From: an uncultured virus (IMG/VR IMGVR_UViG_3300035701_006463)
Taxonomy: Duplodnaviria; Heunggongvirae; Uroviricota; Caudoviricetes
Direction: 5' to 3' (one strand)
Virus record (IMG/VR): IMGVR_UViG_3300035701_006463
Length of the DNA: 64,000 bases
Shown here: piece by piece, positions 58,541-64,000 of the stretch
Position numbering within the stretch: the stretch's first letter is position 1
Layout of the letters: the number at the start of each line of letters is the position of its first letter
Translations under genes and position numbers: made by a program
Notes under the pieces: model-generated
Seen by the model: the letters and a program-made list of their open reading frames with translations, nothing else
The model's database searches: none
Told to the model about the DNA's origin: nothing

Positions 58541-58965
58541 TTTCTTTCCCTCCGTTCGTTTGATAACTGATCTAGGAGTTCTTTTGCTTTGTCTACTCTT
58601 CCGGAGTCTAAAAATACTCTTAATTGTCGAATAAGAGCCACTATTTCATCTTCACTTTTTCCTGTGAATCTAGCCATCGCCTCGGCTTTCAATATCTCAA
58701 GTCCAGCAATGAACTTGTCTAGTGAGATGTTTGGATTGTATAGGACAGCAATATTAGCATTAGGTATCCATGGTATTTCTTGATCCCTGTCAGTTTCTAG
58801 TTCGCGCATTAATTCACGGGGGATATGTGCTGATCCTGTTTTTGAGACTTTGATTGTGCCTTTTGGTTCAATGTCAGGGGTTATTTTTGATGGCGTGGTT
58901 TTTCTTCCAGCCTTGCTTTCTATTCTTTCTTCTGCTATATTTTCTTCGGTCAAGTTATAGATCAA
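58537..58965 (-). CDS. AbrB/SpoVT-like transcription regulator
   Basis: IKVSKTGSAHIPRELMREL...VLYNP. Confidence 0.65.
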   Translation of the reverse strand: MIYNLTEENIAEERIESKAGRKTTPSKITPDIEPKGTIKVSKTGSAHIPRELMRELETDRDQEIPWIPNANIAVLYNPNISLDKFIAGLEILKAEAMARFTGKSEDEIVALIRQLRVFLDSGRVDKAKELLDQLSNERRERK

Positions 58966-58989
58966 CCCAATTCATGATATTATTATCAT

Positions 58990-59009
58990 AAATCTTATAT
59001 ATAAGATTT
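58990..59009. promoter_or_regulatory. Perfect 20-bp palindrome, bidirectional TATA between divergent operons
   Basis: AAATCTTATATATAAGATTT. Confidence 0.8.
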
Positions 59010-59015
59010 TAGGAT

Positions 59016-59966
59016 ATGATATTTGACTATATCATGTCATTAGAACAATACCCAGATTTCGTTCGTCAACCAATCGCACAGCTCACCCAACGTATGGGCA
59101 TATCAACCACCGAGGTCCTCACCATGTTCGAACGCGAACTGGAAAAAGCCAAAATAATGTCGTTGGAAAACTTTCCCAACGCCACCCCCCAGGAGCAGCT
59201 CGACATCCGTATGCGCTTCGCCATAGGTGTCGTTTGGCGCGACAACATCAACCTTCCGCCCCTCATATCGGCACAGCTCATTTTCGTCGGCCACGACGGC
59301 TTACAATCATCTGGCGCCGGTAAACCATACAGTAACATGTACTTCATCACCAATGAGCCGGGCACTGGCACCAAACTCATCCGCATGAGTGCAAAGGGCG
59401 GCTACGCAGAAGCCTACCGCTCGCTAGGGCTCTTTACCCGTTACGATGCACAGGTCGGCCGTTACAATACGGGCGACACACTACTCTTCGACTCGCGCGC
59501 TAGACTCTCCAACCCGACCCCTGTACCACTCTCTATTCGTCGTATGAACGAGTTATTGAGTATCCCCACGATCACGGTCGAACAGGCCAAAGACACCCCC
59601 TCCAGAACCCAATCCAGCGGCTTCATGATCGATACAGACTGGCGCTGCATATTCGGTTACTTCTCTGGTGAGCCGCGTGTCTTCGCCACCAAGAAAAACA
59701 AGGACATCCGTCGTGCCGTCTTCAACATCACGGATACATCAGTGAAGGAGAGTCCACACGTCGATGCACAGGGAAACATCGTGACGCCTGGCTTGACCGC
59801 TTGGGCTGCTCCAGAACATCTCGTGTACGATGAGCGCAGCTATTGTGCCTTTTATGGACCCATCCGTGTGATCAGGGACGTGGAAAAAGATATCGTTTCC
59901 GCTTCAATGAACACATTCCTCGTGCGTCCGATACTCACAACAGACAAAGGCGTGACTGAAGTATGA
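59016..59966 (+). CDS. Putative OB-fold ssDNA-binding protein
   Basis: Helical N-terminus and two beta-rich domains; inferred mainly from context. Confidence 0.45.
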   Translation: MIFDYIMSLEQYPDFVRQPIAQLTQRMGISTTEVLTMFERELEKAKIMSLENFPNATPQEQLDIRMRFAIGVVWRDNINLPPLISAQLIFVGHDGLQSSGAGKPYSNMYFITNEPGTGTKLIRMSAKGGYAEAYRSLGLFTRYDAQVGRYNTGDTLLFDSRARLSNPTPVPLSIRRMNELLSIPTITVEQAKDTPSRTQSSGFMIDTDWRCIFGYFSGEPRVFATKKNKDIRRAVFNITDTSVKESPHVDAQGNIVTPGLTAWAAPEHLVYDERSYCAFYGPIRVIRDVEKDIVSASMNTFLVRPILTTDKGVTEV

Positions 59967-61297
59967 GCATAGAAGACCTATTTGGTCCCACCCCCAAAAA
60001 GGAGCAGCCTCAACAGGTCACGCCCCCACAGGAAACACTTCCTTCACCAGTAGAAGAAATAGTAAAGAAAATCCTCGGCGCCCGGCCAAACCTGACCCGT
60101 GAGGCTGTTTTAAAGCTCATCGAGGAGGAGGTGGCGAAAGCAGCTGGCCTCCTCACCGTGGAAGGTGCTGCCCATCTTGTCCTAGCAAATCTTGATATTC
60201 AGGCTGAGGAGCAGCCACCAGTGCCTATACCCGAAACAAAGCCCCCTCTAATATCCACTCCGGTCACATCAACAGAGGACCTATTTTCTCATCCAGCTCC
60301 GCCGGCTGCGGTTGCTTCAGTGAGTGTAGGGGAACCACTATCTGAGCCGGAGGGAGAGCCCGTAGGAGATCAGGAAGCGCAGGAACCAGAGGCGGCAGTT
60401 GAAGCCGAGTTATTCACCGGCGTCTCTCCGGGGGAGGTTCGCCCAGTTAAACCACAGGTCGAGGCGACTCCACAGGCAACAGATGCGATCTTTGAATCGT
60501 CCAAAACGCGAACAGAACTTCCTAGGGCACCACTCCCAAGAATGCCCGATAAATTCGATACATCACCCGAAAAGACAGCGGAGAGTCGCACATTCCTATT
60601 TTACGGTGAAAAAGGAGACTCAAAGACCTTTTCTGCCCTATCATTCCCGGGAAGGCAGGACATCCTATCGTTCGACCACAAGACGGTCGCTGTTTGGGAG
60701 GAGTCCTTTAAACGGGATCCTAGGATAACTATCTACGATGCTATTCGTTACATGGACTACTCCTCTCCCGACGCTTGGTTAATGTCATCGGAGATCACGC
60801 TACAATACATCAATATTCTGCTAGACGAGATAAGAATCCGTAGTGACAAACCCGACTGGATAATCGTGGACGGCTTAGAAGAGTTCACAAAGATAGCCGA
60901 AATGGTCATGCGCTATCGTAACGGTATCCGCATGACGCAAGGTGTCGAATGGAGTTTCTGGAAAGAGCGTCGCTTATACTTGAAACAAATACACCTCAAA
61001 GCAATGGGCATAGCGAAACGTGGTCTAATCTACACAACATATCCAGGGAAGCTAGAGAAGGTCGTGGACGGTAAGATAGTCGAGTCCACAAAGGTGCCGC
61101 GTTGGGTTGATGTCGTAAAGGAGCAGACGGATGTTGTAATATTGGTTGAAAGTAAACAGACAAACGAAGGTAGAAGGTTCTATGCGACGATCGAATCGTC
61201 AAAATATGGACCGTTCCGTACTGGGCGTCGCGTGGACATAACTGTACCACCCGGACAAACGCCCAATGTTTATGATCTAATAGTGAAAGGAGGTTGA
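59963..61297 (+). CDS. AAA_24/Sak4-like ATPase with RPA-type N-terminal helical domain and acidic Pro-rich linker
   Basis: LTREAVLKLIEE...GLLTVEGAAHLV; YGEKGDSKT; IIVDG. Confidence 0.7.
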   Translation: MSIEDLFGPTPKKEQPQQVTPPQETLPSPVEEIVKKILGARPNLTREAVLKLIEEEVAKAAGLLTVEGAAHLVLANLDIQAEEQPPVPIPETKPPLISTPVTSTEDLFSHPAPPAAVASVSVGEPLSEPEGEPVGDQEAQEPEAAVEAELFTGVSPGEVRPVKPQVEATPQATDAIFESSKTRTELPRAPLPRMPDKFDTSPEKTAESRTFLFYGEKGDSKTFSALSFPGRQDILSFDHKTVAVWEESFKRDPRITIYDAIRYMDYSSPDAWLMSSEITLQYINILLDEIRIRSDKPDWIIVDGLEEFTKIAEMVMRYRNGIRMTQGVEWSFWKERRLYLKQIHLKAMGIAKRGLIYTTYPGKLEKVVDGKIVESTKVPRWVDVVKEQTDVVILVESKQTNEGRRFYATIESSKYGPFRTGRRVDITVPPGQTPNVYDLIVKGG

Positions 61298-61303
61298 TGA
61301 AAG

Positions 61304-62050
61304 ATGCTAAAATTTTCGACTGAGCCAAAACGCTTGATGGACATGATCCAGAAGTCGTTGATGAACAATGCACTGGTGGGCGCTACAGCTACGTTCACAC
61401 CAACAGGTGTCGTCGTTAGCGACTCCTCTAAGGGCACACTCGGAGCACACTGCACGTTTTCCCCACGCTACTTCAAGTCCTATGCTGTGGACCAAGATCA
61501 CGAGATACTACTAAACAAGGCTTTCTACGATGGACTCTCGGACCTGAGATTCAGTGGTGAAGATGAAGTCACCGTAGAGGTTGACTTCGCTGCAGAATGT
61601 TTCAAGGTGACATCCACCAAAGGACTCGATTGGAAACCAAAACTTTCAAAGGAAAGTGGAAAGAAGATTCCATTCCAGCTAAGGGAGACGCCCGGTGTGG
61701 GCATACTGCCGTTGGACCCTAGATCAGAACGTCAGATCCACAACCAGTTTGCCACGCTGGTCGATAACCTCAGTGTTCCAAAGGTCGAGAAGGTGTCCCT
61801 GCACGTCTCAGGGGGCAAACTAACACTCGAGCTGGACTACGATGGTCCGTTCGTGAAACCCATACCACTCGAATCGCCCAAAGTCAGGAAGATGGATACA
61901 GATGACATATCCACGATCTTTGTCGAACAGCTCAACAACATACTAGCCAACTTCAAGGGAGATGTCTTTATCACGACCTACGATAAAGTCGTCTTCTTCA
62001 CCCAGATAACGCCAGACTTCTCGATGATGTATTACGCGGCTACAACTTAG
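61304..62050 (+). CDS. Divergent PCNA-like sliding clamp
   Basis: 248 aa; ATFTPTGVVVSDS...FSPRYFKSY, C-terminal MYYAA; RFC genes nearby. Confidence 0.7.
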   Translation: MLKFSTEPKRLMDMIQKSLMNNALVGATATFTPTGVVVSDSSKGTLGAHCTFSPRYFKSYAVDQDHEILLNKAFYDGLSDLRFSGEDEVTVEVDFAAECFKVTSTKGLDWKPKLSKESGKKIPFQLRETPGVGILPLDPRSERQIHNQFATLVDNLSVPKVEKVSLHVSGGKLTLELDYDGPFVKPIPLESPKVRKMDTDDISTIFVEQLNNILANFKGDVFITTYDKVVFFTQITPDFSMMYYAATT

Positions 62051-62080
62051 GGGTTGATGAAACGATGTCACAGTTTGTCG

Positions 62081-62147
62081 CTCTTTTGTTTCCGGAGAAC
62101 CGGACTGATGAGGCAGCCACCAATGGTTGGCTGTCAGAAACAAAGAG
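62081..62147 (+). ncRNA. Type III hammerhead-like ribozyme (variant)
   Basis: CTCTTTTG-TT-TCCGG(AGAA)CCGGA-CTGATGA-GGCAGCCA..TGGCTGTC-A-GAAA-CAAAGAG. Confidence 0.72.
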
Positions 62148-62156
62148 GTTAAGAAT

Positions 62157-62540
62157 ATGTACAGGCTAAGGGTTCAGACCGATTTGGAAGCGGCTCACTT
62201 TCTGGAGGGCTACAAGGGGAGGTGTGCTAATCTACATGGCCACTCATGGGTGGTTGAGGTATTCGTGGTGGGTTCTGACTTAGACAAAGTTGGAATGTTA
62301 GTTGACTTCGGCAATATAAAGGGTGAACTGACAAAGGTAGTTGATAGGCTGGATCATACGCTTCTCAACGATATAAAGGAGATAGGCAATCCAACATCTG
62401 AGAATTTGGCTAAGTACATCTATGACTTCATGGGCTTCATGGTACCGGCACTACCTTCTGGGGTTGAGTTGGAGAAGGTGAGAATTTGGGAGACACCAAG
62501 AGCATGGTGTGAGTATTGTGGGGAGATGAGGAAGGTTTAG
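62157..62540 (+). CDS. queD: 6-carboxytetrahydropterin synthase
   Basis: AAHFL...CANLHGHSW, DFG, LDH, NPTSENLA, ETP. Confidence 0.93.
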   Translation: MYRLRVQTDLEAAHFLEGYKGRCANLHGHSWVVEVFVVGSDLDKVGMLVDFGNIKGELTKVVDRLDHTLLNDIKEIGNPTSENLAKYIYDFMGFMVPALPSGVELEKVRIWETPRAWCEYCGEMRKV

Positions 62541-62923
62541 TCAAGAAGGTGAGGAACATGTCTACACTTGAGGAGTTAATGAATAACTGCCCAAAAGGAC
62601 ATACTGCTATTTTTGTGCCTGAGGCACATATTATTTTCTATTATGATAGAGAAGGACATACTCAGAGGATCTTCGGTAGGGTTGATGGGGTTTATCAGGA
62701 AATTGACATGGATTTCAGAAGTATGTCTAAGAAGATAGCAGAGGGTATTAAGACTGAGGAGCTTGTTGAAGATGTTCTACGCACAATGCCTGTTCAAAGT
62801 CTCATAAAGGCAAAGGTGATACTCGCAGACGAGAAGACGAAAATTAGGGGTAAGCCCGGATGTTATGGTATTGTTCTTAGTGGAGCTAAGCAGCAGTTGA
62901 CGATAGACTTTAGGGGTGGGTAG
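62516..62923 (+). CDS. Hypothetical protein
   Basis: 135-aa ORF, start uncertain. Confidence 0.55.
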   Translation: MWGDEEGLVKKVRNMSTLEELMNNCPKGHTAIFVPEAHIIFYYDREGHTQRIFGRVDGVYQEIDMDFRSMSKKIAEGIKTEELVEDVLRTMPVQSLIKAKVILADEKTKIRGKPGCYGIVLSGAKQQLTIDFRGG

Positions 62924-63380
62924 CATGTTCACATGTTTGGATTGTGGTAGTGAGGATTTGTCACTGCTATGGCTTGGGCATGATGATGCCAAAGTTAAAT
63001 GCAAGTGTGGTTCTGAGTTTTATATTATGAGGTCAAAATCCTCAGTTAGAAAAGACATTTCGGCACATTGGGAATACTTCCCATCCTTTTTCAAATTGAT
63101 GATGGACGAAATGGACAGACACCAATCTGAGAGTGGTGATAGCTGGCTCACTGAGGATACTGTTGTGGTGAAGTCTCCAGCAGCAGCTCTTCGCCATATA
63201 CCCATGTCCAACCATCTTGTTAATTTACTAGACAAAGCATTCCATTCGTACATGGACCATGGCGGACCCGAGAAGTTGGAGGACATAGCTAATCTATGCG
63301 CCATGATTAGGCTTCGTGGTCTACTTAAGAGGGGAAGGTTGGGAGTGAGGTCCGAGGTTCAGAAGGAGTTGAAAGAATGA
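62916..63380 (+). CDS. Zn-ribbon plus MazG-like helical NTP pyrophosphatase-like domain
   Basis: CLDC..CKC; GDSW...EDIANLCAMI. Confidence 0.5.
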   Translation: MGSMFTCLDCGSEDLSLLWLGHDDAKVKCKCGSEFYIMRSKSSVRKDISAHWEYFPSFFKLMMDEMDRHQSESGDSWLTEDTVVVKSPAAALRHIPMSNHLVNLLDKAFHSYMDHGGPEKLEDIANLCAMIRLRGLLKRGRLGVRSEVQKELKE

Positions 63381-63697
63381 AGCCAATAAGTGAAGCTGTG
63401 AAGAGAGTCTACAGATGGCGAATAGGCGTAGAGTTCGCCGGAACTGAAGCAGAGTTGTGGGACTGGTTCAATAACTGGTCTGGGCGTAATGCAGACGGCT
63501 CTCTCACTTACAAAACTATGCTCTACGAGAAACTGGAAGAAGTAGCCAATGAACTTAAGCACAGTCTCGCTGAAGCTGAGAAGTTGCCTGAGAAGTGGCG
63601 TAAAGATCATGAATTTGCTGAACAAATTTCATATTACGATGTTTGTGCCGACGAACTTGAGTCTGCTCTTCGTGGGGAGGTGGAAGAGTATGAGTAA
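63377..63697 (+). CDS. Hypothetical protein
   Basis: Ends CADELESAL. Confidence 0.55.
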   Translation: MKPISEAVKRVYRWRIGVEFAGTEAELWDWFNNWSGRNADGSLTYKTMLYEKLEEVANELKHSLAEAEKLPEKWRKDHEFAEQISYYDVCADELESALRGEVEEYE

Positions 63698-64000
63698 TAG
63701 GTCTTACGCAGGACTAGAAGAATTAGCTGATTTTGTATTCAAATACTTAATTGAGTACATGAGGGTGTTATTCGGTACTGAGCTTGCCTTGGCTATAATG
63801 TTAGTTGTTTGCAGAGACTATACTTTGGCTCCCGGGTTCATTGGAGAAATGTCGTTCGGGATTTTTCTCGCCAAGATGTTAGTTGTGGAGATAGTCATCG
63901 TGATGGGTACGATACTTGTGGACGTGATAATTAACATGGGTAAGATACGTGAGTTTATAAAGCATATAAGGGGCAAGGTGAATGGGGTGGAGGCAAAGTA
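63690..64000 (+). CDS. Membrane protein, runs to window edge
   Basis: Open frame MSNRSYAGLEELADFVFKY... Confidence 0.55.
   Translation, partial: MSNRSYAGLEELADFVFKYLIEYMRVLFGTELALAIMLVVCRDYTLAPGFIGEMSFGIFLAKMLVVEIVIVMGTILVDVIINMGKIREFIKHIRGKVNGVEAK

Noticed and set aside
1..64000. tRNA, rRNA, integrase, transposase, capsid or terminase genes
   Set aside because: None recognisable by eye in this window.

Overview
This window looks like part of a large archaeal virus or virus-like element. Evidence: leaderless and GGTGA/GGAGG-led genes, BRE-TATA promoters, dense short ORFs, and no ribosomal or other core housekeeping genes. One ORF resembles a Bathyarchaeia-type secreted family, so the host assignment is tentative. 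The left half (1-33 kb) is a glycan and envelope modification region: GT2/GT4 glycosyltransferases, a WbpB/E/D-like sugar pathway, an epimerase, many SAM methyltransferases, GtrA-, DgkA- and LemA-like proteins and paralogous membrane proteins, interleaved with clusters of small basic or Zn-finger proteins. The right half (38-64 kb) is a replication and nucleotide module: UDG, DUF3987 helicase-like protein, RFC large and small, PCNA-like clamp, three DNA methyltransferases, a ParB-domain protein, class III RNR with glutaredoxin, a Cas4-like nuclease, an AAA ATPase and QueD. The most striking signal is non-coding. Five full and one half copy of a 69-70 nt covarying hairpin are dispersed through the window. 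Each holds an exactly 32-nt loop with two variable 9-nt segments (CTR-N9-TNAAAN-CTR-N9-TY, TIGR-guide-like) and is closed by a bulge-helix-bulge (BHB) splicing-endonuclease motif. There is also a promoter-driven structured RNA with a perfect BHB (33.1 kb) and a hammerhead-like ribozyme before queD. No Nop-domain (Tas) effector is recognisable in the window. All family calls come from motif recognition by eye; no database searches were run.
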